UHGV virus genome: UHGV-1356875
Source of the DNA: a virus
DNA: 41,292 nt
Strand: one strand, 5' to 3'
Each line of letters starts with the position of its first letter. The stretch's first letter is position 1. Position numbers and translations under genes: made by a program. Below are positions 18,801 through 26,917 of the stretch, piece after piece. The notes below the pieces were generated by a model. The model made no database searches. It was given only the letters and a program-made list of their open reading frames with translations, and was not told the origin of the DNA.

Positions 18801-20595
18801 TAACTGTAGTCCAAACCGTTGTTGCAGCTGCAGCAATTTTAGTTTTAATCGCTTGTATTGTCTGCGAAGTGGTTAGCGCTGCTATTGCGTATCTATATCC
18901 GTTCGCTATACCACGAGCAGTGGCGGTAACGCCATTCCAAATGCTAGTCGCTGCTGCACTGGTTTTAGATAAGAGCGATAATGTTCTCATACTCGTCATC
19001 AAAGAGCCTAATGTTGTTATAGCAGTGCCAATTGTTGATACCATAACACCAAATACCATTAGCAATGGTCCAATAGCTGCGGCTAGTAATCCTACAACTG
19101 CAATTGTTTTTTGAACGCCACTAGGCAAATTAGAAAACTTAGTCGCTAATTTAGTAACCCATGTCGCAACTTTGTATAAAATTGGCGCTAACGCATCTCC
19201 TAAAGAAATCGCTAAACTTTCAATAGCTGATTTCATCTTACGCATTGCACCGCCGATGCCACCTTCCATTTCATTAGCCATTCTTTTGGAAGCGCCACTA
19301 GAGCCATCTATGGATTTAGTTAGCTTTTTATAATCTTCATCTGAAGCGTTGATAACTGCTAATGCACCACTCATTGCCTCTTTACCGAATATTGTACTTG
19401 CTGCGGCTGCTTGTTGGTCTTTGGATAAACCACCCATTTTAGTTCTAAGTTGATCCATGACATCTCTCATAGGTAACATTTCGCCATTACTATCTGTTAT
19501 GGAGATACCGAGTTCATCCATTTTGTCTTTCATCGCTTTTGTTGGTTTAGCAAGGTTAGTGAACATCGTTCTTAACGCTGTACCAGCTTTTTCGCCTTTT
19601 ATCCCGGCATTAGACATCAAACCAATAGCTATCGATGTATCTTCTATTGTATAACCTAATGCACCGGCAACTGGAGCAGCATATTTAAATGCGTCACCTA
19701 AACCACGTACATCAGTATTAGCTTTTGAACTCGTTTGAGCCAAAACATCTGCAAAGTGGGTACTATCTTTGGCTTTCATACCAAATGCGGTTAAGTTGTC
19801 AGTTACAATATCAGATACGCTTGCTAAATCTTCACCAGATGCGGCAGCTAAATTCATTACGCCACCAATACCATTTAGCATATCTTTGGTGTCCCAACCT
19901 GCAAGTGCCATGTAGTTCATCGCTTCAGCAGATTCCGAAGCAGTAAATTTAGTATCTCGCCCCATTTGAAGTGCTTTTGTTCTAAGTTGGTTAAACTCAT
20001 CGCCAGTAGCACCAGATGTGGCTTTTACTTTGCGCATAGTATCATCGAAGTCTATACTTTTCTTCATCGCAGCGCCAAATCCCGCTGTAATTGGTGCTGT
20101 AACGTACATACTCATATTTCGGCCAACCGACTTCATTGAGTCTCCAATAGATTTAATTTTAGGGCCTATTTCAGCGAAAGTTTGTCCTAGTCTGCCGACA
20201 GATGATTTGCTTACTGCAATCATTTCTCTGTATTTATCTCGCGTTTGGTCAAGTTCGTTTTGTAAATAGTTAAGGTTGTCAGCTTGTCGACTATATTCCT
20301 GCCTTAATTGAGCAGCTTTTTTGCTATTTACACCAGATTCTCTTGAAACTTCTTGGTATTTTGCTTTTAACGCTGCAACATTAGCTTTAGACTCTTTGAC
20401 TGCTAGAGATAATTCCCTAGTTCTTAACTTATAAGAATTCAAACTTTTTTCAGAATACTTAAAGTTATTGTTAGATAATTTTAAATCAGCGTTTAGTCCT
20501 TTGAAACTACGTTTAATTTCTGAAATACTACGCTGAACGCCCATATCCTTCATGGATAAGTCAATCTGCAACCCTTTTATTCTTTCTGCCATCAC
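15880..20595 (-). CDS. Tape measure protein with a periodic ~11-aa repeat core (xxWNAIKNxx), a lytic transglycosylase (SLT) domain and an M23 peptidase domain
   Basis: Coiled-coil N-terminus, then long WN-IK repeats (DNA 17950-18700). M23 motifs GGHHYGIDF and GPHLHFQV. SLT motif GDPSKGMFQMIGSSF. Confidence 0.85.
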   Translation of the reverse strand: MMAERIKGLQIDLSMKDMGVQRSISEIKRSFKGLNADLKLSNNNFKYSEKSLNSYKLRTRELSLAVKESKANVAALKAKYQEVSRESGVNSKKAAQLRQEYSRQADNLNYLQNELDQTRDKYREMIAVSKSSVGRLGQTFAEIGPKIKSIGDSMKSVGRNMSMYVTAPITAGFGAAMKKSIDFDDTMRKVKATSGATGDEFNQLRTKALQMGRDTKFTASESAEAMNYMALAGWDTKDMLNGIGGVMNLAAASGEDLASVSDIVTDNLTAFGMKAKDSTHFADVLAQTSSKANTDVRGLGDAFKYAAPVAGALGYTIEDTSIAIGLMSNAGIKGEKAGTALRTMFTNLAKPTKAMKDKMDELGISITDSNGEMLPMRDVMDQLRTKMGGLSKDQQAAAASTIFGKEAMSGALAVINASDEDYKKLTKSIDGSSGASKRMANEMEGGIGGAMRKMKSAIESLAISLGDALAPILYKVATWVTKLATKFSNLPSGVQKTIAVVGLLAAAIGPLLMVFGVMVSTIGTAITTLGSLMTSMRTLSLLSKTSAAATSIWNGVTATARGIANGYRYAIAALTTSQTIQAIKTKIAAAATTVWTTVTKGAALATKGLGLAIRFMTGPVGIVITAIGLLVAGLIHLWKTNSSFRNSVITAWNAIKNSAVTIFGFIKTYIVAIWNAIKASTIAVWNGIKTVAVATWNGIKLAILHPIKTLKTILSTIWNAMKNSAIKIWTALKNGVIAIIKAYVAQVKFNINLIKRIVVTIFNAIKNFSIKVWTALKNAVLGIVRTLRKGVLSVFNALKKGVSAIFNAIKNATVRIWTAMKNTVINRAKALWSGVRNTWNALKKGTIGIFKAVGSFMSSKWNSIKKGTVNKAKALWSGVKGAWGSLKKGTHNTMNAVGGFMSKKWNGIKSTTVSIVNSMKSKVMGTMNKMRDGIKTVTGKIGNLFGGMVKGVKKGLNKLISGVNWVADKLGMDKLPSIKLSTGTNASKKYVSHGKINRDTFATVGDKGRGNGPSGFRHEMIEYPNGKTTITPNRDTTTFLPKGSKVYNGTQTHAMLSQMPRFSIGSAIKEKAEYMFGKGKKSIKGTVGKGKDLGGNAVDQVKKVGSEVAVKAKKVGSAVISGIGDVFDYIGHPGKLVNKIFDKVGFNFNFLKDAPLPFDLMQGAYKKLKSGVKSLFDEWLNDAGGGDGSSFTKFPITTGYYPNGGAPGYSFGGGHHYGIDFGAPFGTTINATNSGQLGELHNFGGGLVARLLTGQFTLFFMHLSKILKHGKVQAGEPIAKTGNSGNWTTGPHLHFQVEKGRHNDITNQNTVNPLKWLKGHGGGKVGGSGSANARRAIQRAQSILGGRYKSSYITEQMMRVAKRESNFQADAVNNWDINARMGDPSKGMFQMIGSSFRAYAKPGHGNILNPTDEAISAMRYIVGKWVPIMGSWRSAFKRAGDYAYATGGVINTSGMYQLAEGGYPEIVIPTDPSRQSDAMKLLHLAASKISGNNRNKRPNQLRTPSVTSNTVDNAELLLQMIENQQKQINVLMEIARSNENIEKQPKGFSERDVSQAQGSRLRLAAYSQGGL

Positions 20596-20620
20596 TCCAC
20601 CTCCTTACTTACAAGACGTA

Positions 20621-21168
20621 TTACATGAATGCATTAATCATACTGTCAGTTTTCTTGACGTTTTTCTTATTACTTTCGTCAACTAACTCCATGAAAAAAG
20701 CAAAAGGCATGTCTAATATGTCATTGATATCCTTGCCGCCTTCTTTCATCATTTGCAGTATGAGTTTTTTCATATTTTCCTTATGTTCTTTATAAGTGAT
20801 AGGTTTTAAATCATTTTGGCTAGTTGCTTTTTTCTTTCGTCATCCATTTGACCTTGTGCAATAAATTGAATTTGTTGTTGTAACTCTTCTACAGCATCTG
20901 GTGCATGTAATCTGTCTAATAAATCATCTTTTGTAAATTGATTGTTATAAATATCAACTACCATGTCTAACATTTGATCGATATTTTCTTGGGCAGAAGT
21001 GCTTTCATCTGATGTACCATCCATTAAATCAGCTGCATCATAGATTTTACGGAATGGAATTTGTGTAGGTGTAATATAAGTGTCGAATTTTGCGTTACCT
21101 TCTGAATCTGTTACTGCGTTACCTTTTTTGTCTACTTGTACTAATTTAATAAAATTACGTTTAGCCAT
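20621..21168 (-). CDS. Tail assembly chaperone G (20806-21168) and GT fusion, made by a -1 frameshift at the A_AAA_AAG heptamer (20817-20824) into the T ORF ending at 20621
   Basis: Canonical slippery heptamer in the G zero frame, 20 nt before the G stop. The -1 frame opens just upstream (after a TGA) and runs for a further ~67 codons. Confidence 0.6.
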
Positions 21169-21231
21169 TTATAATTGCTCCTTTGTTTTTGAATTGTAAA
21201 TAAAAAGAGGGCATTTAAGCCCTCGTGTTGG

Positions 21232-21423
21232 TTATTCTTCTATTTCTTTGATTAATACCTTGCCACGTTTGTTATCGCTTGTAGAAAGGTCTAATATGCG
21301 ATCGTGAGACACTTTTTTGTTTGCTGGTTTAGGATAAGTATCACCAGCGTTATATATTTTATTCTTATCCTCTAAATCGATGAATTTGTGTAAAACTTCA
21401 TATTTTTTCTTAGCCATAATCAA
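21232..21423 (-). CDS. Small hypothetical protein between the major tail protein and chaperone
   Basis: ORF with an SD. Position only. Confidence 0.35.
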   Translation of the reverse strand: MIMAKKKYEVLHKFIDLEDKNKIYNAGDTYPKPANKKVSHDRILDLSTSDNKRGKVLIKEIEE

Positions 21424-21435
21424 ACCTCCTGTAAA

Positions 21436-22062
21436 TTATGCGCCTAATTCTGATTCTGCTGTGTCATCAGATGGATTACTACTTTCTGCAGAATCACCAA
21501 AGATGGCTTCCCAGATAGCATCCTTCATAACAGATGTACCTTTAGCATCGTGACCTAATAACATTGCTTTTTCTTCTTCGAAGCCCTTAACTTTAGCTTG
21601 CATGAATTCAGCAGTAGTAGAGTCAGAACTGAATTCTACGCCATCTTCTTTTGTATTACCTTCTAATTCAGGGAATGTGAATAATCCTTTAGGTAATCCC
21701 ACATATTCGCGTGAACCATCTTCCATAGTTTTAGCAAACATAACAGCTACATATGGTGGCGTATCGTTACCAACTGAAACGATGCCACTTTCAGATTTCT
21801 CTAAACCAAACAGTGCCACTCTATCTTCTAATGGTAATTTGTGGAAACCAGCTTCTACTTCAATTGTTCCGTTAGCAACTGCCATTTCTGCCACTTGGTT
21901 ATCACCATATGCTTTCTCGATGTCTTGGTCTTTTGATACTGAAATTTCTTGTAAATATTTAATGCGTTCTGGATCAGCAACTTTTTGAACGCCACCTTCA
22001 CCATGCACTTTATAATAAAATTCTGTTAAACCTGTAAATGAACGGTAGTTTTTCTCTGCCAT
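21436..22062 (-). CDS. Major tail protein
   Basis: About 208 aa, directly upstream of the chaperone pair. SD AGGAG. Confidence 0.55.
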   Translation of the reverse strand: MAEKNYRSFTGLTEFYYKVHGEGGVQKVADPERIKYLQEISVSKDQDIEKAYGDNQVAEMAVANGTIEVEAGFHKLPLEDRVALFGLEKSESGIVSVGNDTPPYVAVMFAKTMEDGSREYVGLPKGLFTFPELEGNTKEDGVEFSSDSTTAEFMQAKVKGFEEEKAMLLGHDAKGTSVMKDAIWEAIFGDSAESSNPSDDTAESELGA

Positions 22063-22074
22063 ATTAAAACACTC

Positions 22075-22479
22075 CTAAATTTTAAAATATTGTTTACCTT
22101 CAAACCTTTTAGCTTGTCGGTAGATACTAAATTCTTTGATATATTCTGGTTTAATGGAAGATGTTTCACCAAATCCCAATACTTCCCACATTATTCGTTG
22201 TATTAAAAAGACGAGCCTATCTGATAGGACTCGTCCGTTTACACCTTGGTTCTGTTTTACAAATACGTCTATTTGATATAAATATTCATACGTCAAATTA
22301 TCATTGTCAGCAAAATCATCAGGCTTTGGTGTGTCTAATGGATCAATGACAATCACTATATCTTTGATTTCTTGCGCGTTTGGATAATCGAAGAATTTAA
22401 TGTTATTTTTGGGGACATGTTTCATTATTTCTTCATTATTTATAATCGCATCGTATATCTTTGTTGTGATATCTTCCAT
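22075..22479 (-). CDS. Tail completion / tail-terminator-like protein
   Basis: Position and size in an HK97-like head-tail joining module. Confidence 0.4.
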   Translation of the reverse strand: MEDITTKIYDAIINNEEIMKHVPKNNIKFFDYPNAQEIKDIVIVIDPLDTPKPDDFADNDNLTYEYLYQIDVFVKQNQGVNGRVLSDRLVFLIQRIMWEVLGFGETSSIKPEYIKEFSIYRQAKRFEGKQYFKI

Positions 22480-22481
22480 AT

Positions 22482-22889
22482 CTACACCCGCCTTTTCATT
22501 TCTTCTTTAACCGTTTGAAAGTAGGTTTCGCGTCCTTCTCGCATTGCACGTTCAATTACGCCTTTACCTGCTGTATTTACCCATTTCCCTGAACGATCAA
22601 AGTGACCATATTCATTTAGATGAATAATTCGATAGCGCTGTTTGGGACCACGCCAATGAATTTTAACAGTCCTTACACCGTTTATCGTCGTCGGTTTTGA
22701 AAGTGTAGTTTCTTCTACCGACTCTCCAGTGTCTTTAAAAGTTTTCATATTATTTTTGATAATACTTACAACTTTGTTTCCGCCTTTGGTTAATGCATAA
22801 TCAGTGATACGTTTGGTTGCAGATTTTCCATATTGCTTTTCTAAATATGCTATAAGTTCTTTATCACCTTTGATTGATATCCCTATGAT
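22482..22889 (-). CDS. HK97 gp10-like head-tail joining protein. Annotated from ATG 22748, but a conserved-looking 47-codon extension reaches ~22889 with no ATG/GTG/TTG.
   Basis: The upstream in-frame region reads ISIKGDKELIAYLEKQYGKSATKRITDYALTKGGNKVVSIIKNN. SD AGGTGA lies 6 nt before an ATA that overlaps the upstream stop (cATAG). Confidence 0.45.
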   Translation of the reverse strand: MIGISIKGDKELIAYLEKQYGKSATKRITDYALTKGGNKVVSIIKNNMKTFKDTGESVEETTLSKPTTINGVRTVKIHWRGPKQRYRIIHLNEYGHFDRSGKWVNTAGKGVIERAMREGRETYFQTVKEEMKRRV

Positions 22890-23212
22890 TCTTCACCTAC
22901 CACTTTGATGTAATTAGGAGTTTTAGCAGGCGCAACGTTCTTAATGTCAAAAGTTAACCCAGCATACATTCCATTTTTAATTTCAAATACGTGATTGACT
23001 GTAGGTAGAAAGTCAGGCTGTGCATTTCTAATATTAATAGTTACAGAACGTTTACTCGTTTCTAAATTTCCTAATTGTACATCTTTTTGCGTAGGTTCGT
23101 ATAGACCAGCGAAGCAACTAAAAACTTCTTCCCAGTTACCCGCTCCTGCTTCAGGTCCGTTATTTGAAACTGAATAAAAAGCAACCCTATAATCAAGCTC
23201 GTTAAGATTCAT
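22883..23212 (-). CDS. Head closure protein (gp7-like)
   Basis: Position and size. Confidence 0.4.
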   Translation of the reverse strand: MNLNELDYRVAFYSVSNNGPEAGAGNWEEVFSCFAGLYEPTQKDVQLGNLETSKRSVTINIRNAQPDFLPTVNHVFEIKNGMYAGLTFDIKNVAPAKTPNYIKVVGEES

Positions 23213-23552
23213 CGGCTATCACCTCGATGTTATCTTTTCGCCACTTAACTAGATTGCTTCTAAGTGTTTGTATAAGTTTCATTGATGATGCAGGCACATC
23301 AAATGATTGTTCATTAGATGTGATTGAACGATTATCGTAGTGGTGAGCAATAATATTTAAGACCGCTAAATTGAATATAGGATTATTGTTGTAGAATTTA
23401 TCATCTTCTTCACCTAAAGAAACAGCAGCCTTAACCTCACTGATTGCTCCAGGTAAATAAACTTGCATAATCAAGTCGTCATCAAAATCATGATCAACAC
23501 GTATCGCTTTTTTTATTGATTCAACGTTATCTATTTTGAACATTGATATCAC
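23202..23552 (-). CDS. Head-tail connector / adaptor (gp6-like)
   Basis: Position directly after the capsid gene. About 116 aa. Confidence 0.45.
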   Translation of the reverse strand: MISMFKIDNVESIKKAIRVDHDFDDDLIMQVYLPGAISEVKAAVSLGEEDDKFYNNNPIFNLAVLNIIAHHYDNRSITSNEQSFDVPASSMKLIQTLRSNLVKWRKDNIEVIADES

Positions 23553-23561
23553 CTACTTTAC

Positions 23562-24887
23562 TTATGCTCCTAAATCCCCACTAGGTTCTGCCGCATCTTC
23601 AAATGTTACGAAGAAACCAGCATTTTTATCAGCTTGTTTTACATCAAAACGGAAAGCACCCATCAAGTATTTACCGTAAATTTCATTTTCAATCCATTGA
23701 ACAGAAATGTCTGTACGGTCTGCAAATAATACACCACGTTTTACATCGCCAATAAATGCTAATGCGTCTCCGTTTTTACCTAACAAGTCATCACGCACAA
23801 CTGTTACATTCATACCTAACACGGTGTTACCTGCAGTGTTGATGATACTGTCTTGTAGTAAATAGCGACCGTTACCATCTTTTAATGTATCAAGTTTTTG
23901 ATAGAAGCTTTGAGTACAAATGATTTGACGGTCATAACCAGGATCTAATTTAACGTTGATAATTTCTTTTAAGTCGTCAACATTAGATACACTAGTAGGA
24001 TTGAATGCTTTTAAAACTTCACCAATACGTTCGTTTAAAGTATTTATTTTTTGTTCATTAATATTTTCAGATACGATTGCAGTTAAATTCGCAACAGAAT
24101 CGTCTAACGCTTCTTGTGAGATTGGAATCGCTCCACGATAAGTGTCTACTTCCCAAGTGATTGTTTCGAATTCCGGACGAGCTAACTCAGGGTTTTTCTC
24201 TAATTCAGCAACAGTGTTGAATTTAGCGTTAGCACGTTTTAAGATTGGGTACTTACCAGATGCAGTTGAAACTGAAGTCTTTTGTACTAACTCTGATAAG
24301 TCTTGGACTGTTTTCACTTCTTTTTCAGGAATGTATTTGATGTCCTCAGGAATTGTTACACCAACGTCATCTGATTTAACGTTGTCACGTTTCGCTCCTT
24401 TAGATTTCATGTACTGTTCAAACGCTAATACTTCTTCGTTTGTCTCTGGGTTTTGATTTAATTTCGCCATAGAACGTTTCGCTCCTTCTTTTTTCTTTTT
24501 GTCTTTTTCTTCTTCAGTAGGTTCTTCTACTTTCTCGATAGCTGGTGGTTCTAGTTTTTCTTCTGAAGATGGTTTGTCGTCATTTGATGGTTTATCATCT
24601 GACTTTTCTTCGCCTTTAGCATCATCAACAGAGGTATCTTCTTTTTCTTCTGCTGCTTTGTTATCAGTTTCTTCTGCACCTTCACTTTGAGGTGGTGTTT
24701 CTTCTAACTTAGGTGCTGATGCTTCAATTTCTTGTGAAAGCTGTTCGAGTTCTTCAAACTCTTTTTTCTTTGCATCAATATCAGCTTTTAAATTACGTGC
24801 AGTTTCAAGGTCGCCCTTTTCGACTGCTTCTTGCGCTTTAGAAATCAGACTAGCGATTTCTTTTTTGCGCTCATCTAAATTGGCCAT
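23562..24887 (-). CDS. HK97-fold major capsid protein with an N-terminal coiled-coil delta (scaffold) domain
   Basis: Long acidic, coiled N-terminus then a capsid-like C-terminus. Follows the prohead protease. Confidence 0.7.
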   Translation of the reverse strand: MANLDERKKEIASLISKAQEAVEKGDLETARNLKADIDAKKKEFEELEQLSQEIEASAPKLEETPPQSEGAEETDNKAAEEKEDTSVDDAKGEEKSDDKPSNDDKPSSEEKLEPPAIEKVEEPTEEEKDKKKKEGAKRSMAKLNQNPETNEEVLAFEQYMKSKGAKRDNVKSDDVGVTIPEDIKYIPEKEVKTVQDLSELVQKTSVSTASGKYPILKRANAKFNTVAELEKNPELARPEFETITWEVDTYRGAIPISQEALDDSVANLTAIVSENINEQKINTLNERIGEVLKAFNPTSVSNVDDLKEIINVKLDPGYDRQIICTQSFYQKLDTLKDGNGRYLLQDSIINTAGNTVLGMNVTVVRDDLLGKNGDALAFIGDVKRGVLFADRTDISVQWIENEIYGKYLMGAFRFDVKQADKNAGFFVTFEDAAEPSGDLGA

Positions 24888-24928
24888 GCAATATCACTCC
24901 TTATTAAATTTGTACATAAAAAATAGCC

Positions 24929-25531
24929 TCACGTTTCAAAACGTAGGCTTTCTAAATCTAAAGCTATTTTCATTTGTTCCAACTGTTTAAATTTCTTTAA
25001 ATCTCTTGCACGTTGACCGACCTCAACCGATGTATCTTTGTAGGCAGGTATTGTAACAATACTGACTTCGATAAGTTCATCGATTTTATTTATGGTTTGA
25101 ACGTACTCGTTATCAATGTTTTGCCATGTACGAGCTGTTGAATCATTAGGTGGTAATGTATAGAAGAAACTACACTGATTTACGTTACCTGCCTTAATAT
25201 TTTCATAAATATCTCTGGCGTATGATGTGTTAGGTAAGTGGCACTTAAAATACAATCCTTTTTCATCCACTTGTAACTCAAGTGTTCCTGCTTGCGTTCG
25301 ACCTATAACATAGCTGAAATCGTGATTAATTAAACATTTCACGTCGCTTACATCTACACCGTCTAAGGCATTTGGCGCTACTATTTCTCTGAACCCACCC
25401 AAGTCATCACTCATTGAATTAAAGATAATTGCGTAACCTTCAACAACCATGTCTTGCTGCCCAGTGTCAACGTTACTATTCGTCATACTCATCACCCCCT
25501 TTAATGGAGTTCTTTTCGACTTCTTTATCAA
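24929..25531 (-). CDS. HK97-family prohead protease (S78)
   Basis: Position between portal and capsid. About 190 aa. Confidence 0.6.
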   Translation of the reverse strand: MIKKSKRTPLKGVMSMTNSNVDTGQQDMVVEGYAIIFNSMSDDLGGFREIVAPNALDGVDVSDVKCLINHDFSYVIGRTQAGTLELQVDEKGLYFKCHLPNTSYARDIYENIKAGNVNQCSFFYTLPPNDSTARTWQNIDNEYVQTINKIDELIEVSIVTIPAYKDTSVEVGQRARDLKKFKQLEQMKIALDLESLRFET

Positions 25532-26708
25532 TCTTCGATTTTTGGTAATTTTCTAAAGTGTTAAGTGGCGCTCTATTAAGGTCAACCAATGGTTGCTCGC
25601 CATGTTCAATAGGTTGATAACCAAATACACTTCTAGCTTCGTCTGTTGAAATAATTCCTTTACTATGCAATTCAGTAATACGTTGTAATTGTAGCTCTGG
25701 ATCAATGTCGATGAGACGTGATGAGTCAAACTCTAATTCGTAATCAGAATCAACAAACTTAAATATTTTCGTTTCGAGTTCTGCAATCATCATCTTAAAT
25801 ATTGGGTCTAATGTACTTTGCAAATACTCAAGGTTTGCTTGTGTGATAGATGTATTGACGGTTTCAATACCTAATTTAGATACTGGCAAACCAAACGCTT
25901 TTGCAACTTGTGAAGTGCTGAACTTATAACTGTTTAAGAAGTTCAATACTTCAGTAGGAATTTGCAATCTACTAAATTCCATTGTGTCATCAATAGCAAC
26001 TAATCCACCATTGTTTTTTAATTGACTTTCTGAGAAATTCTTTTTCAAATCTCTTAATTGTTCAGCATTGATTTGACCTTTTTTATACTTTAACACTGAT
26101 GTTGAAGTACCACCATTGTCAAAGAAATTACGCAAGAAACTCTTTGAGCCTTGTGATATACCAATCTCATGTGCTAGTGCATATAAAGGACTATAACCCA
26201 CATATCCATCTAACGTGATATATCTGAAGTGTAATATATCATCACTAGTTATCTTAACAGCGTTACCTTCTACATCTTCGCTCACGTTGTAGACAATATC
26301 TCCGTCTTTTTCTTCAACTCCTACTAAATCATTATGTAAGAAGTGAAAGCCTACGGGGAAGTCATTTTTATCACGTACAATTTCAACAAAAGATTGTCCA
26401 TTGAGTAACATGTTGGCGATGATTATAAACTTAAAGTGCCAACCTGGTAAGTCTGAATGTGGATTATTGTTGAACAAATCCAATATTTGGTTCATCACAG
26501 TATTTGTTTCATGACCTTTAACCTTTAATTTAGTGCTTGCAATGTCTGCTGAAATAATTCGTGTAGCAGTAAATACATCACTGTTTCGTAACGCGTTTAT
26601 ACCAACATAGCTTGAATGTGTGCCATGTTCTTGCCAATACAACAATCGTTCTAAATCTCTGTTCATCTTTTCTTGTTTGCTTGTAAATCCTAAATCAAGT
26701 AATGGCAT
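25476..26708 (-). CDS. Portal protein (HK97 family)
   Basis: 410 aa, after the terminase. Confidence 0.65.
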   Translation of the reverse strand: MPLLDLGFTSKQEKMNRDLERLLYWQEHGTHSSYVGINALRNSDVFTATRIISADIASTKLKVKGHETNTVMNQILDLFNNNPHSDLPGWHFKFIIIANMLLNGQSFVEIVRDKNDFPVGFHFLHNDLVGVEEKDGDIVYNVSEDVEGNAVKITSDDILHFRYITLDGYVGYSPLYALAHEIGISQGSKSFLRNFFDNGGTSTSVLKYKKGQINAEQLRDLKKNFSESQLKNNGGLVAIDDTMEFSRLQIPTEVLNFLNSYKFSTSQVAKAFGLPVSKLGIETVNTSITQANLEYLQSTLDPIFKMMIAELETKIFKFVDSDYELEFDSSRLIDIDPELQLQRITELHSKGIISTDEARSVFGYQPIEHGEQPLVDLNRAPLNTLENYQKSKIDKEVEKNSIKGGDEYDE

Positions 26709-26902
26709 TAACTGTCACCCCCTTTCCGACTCATCGAGGTGTTATCATATGCTTGATTTAAGACGCCAGAGAGACTGATAAGCAACAACCCACCAATAAT
26801 ATAAGCTAAAGGTTGCCAAAGTATAAACAAACCGTAGAACAGTCCTATTAAACCCATAATAAATAATAGTATTACTACAAGTGCATATAAGAACTTTTGC
26901 AT
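26708..26902 (-). CDS. Small 2-TM membrane protein between TerL and portal
   Basis: Hydrophobic 64-aa ORF. Confidence 0.35.
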   Translation of the reverse strand: MQKFLYALVVILLFIMGLIGLFYGLFILWQPLAYIIGGLLLISLSGVLNQAYDNTSMSRKGGDS

Positions 26903-26917
26903 TATTTCACCCCTTTT

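Noticed and set aside
16171-20269. Multiple + strand ORFs (e.g. 17957-18592 at 211 aa, and 16171-16374, 18869-19114, 19457-19654, 19725-19946, 20018-20269), plus - strand frame-shifted ORFs inside the tape measure gene
   Set aside because: They are antisense or alternate-frame products of the long, repetitive TMP coding region, with no SD sequences and low-complexity translations. Spurious.
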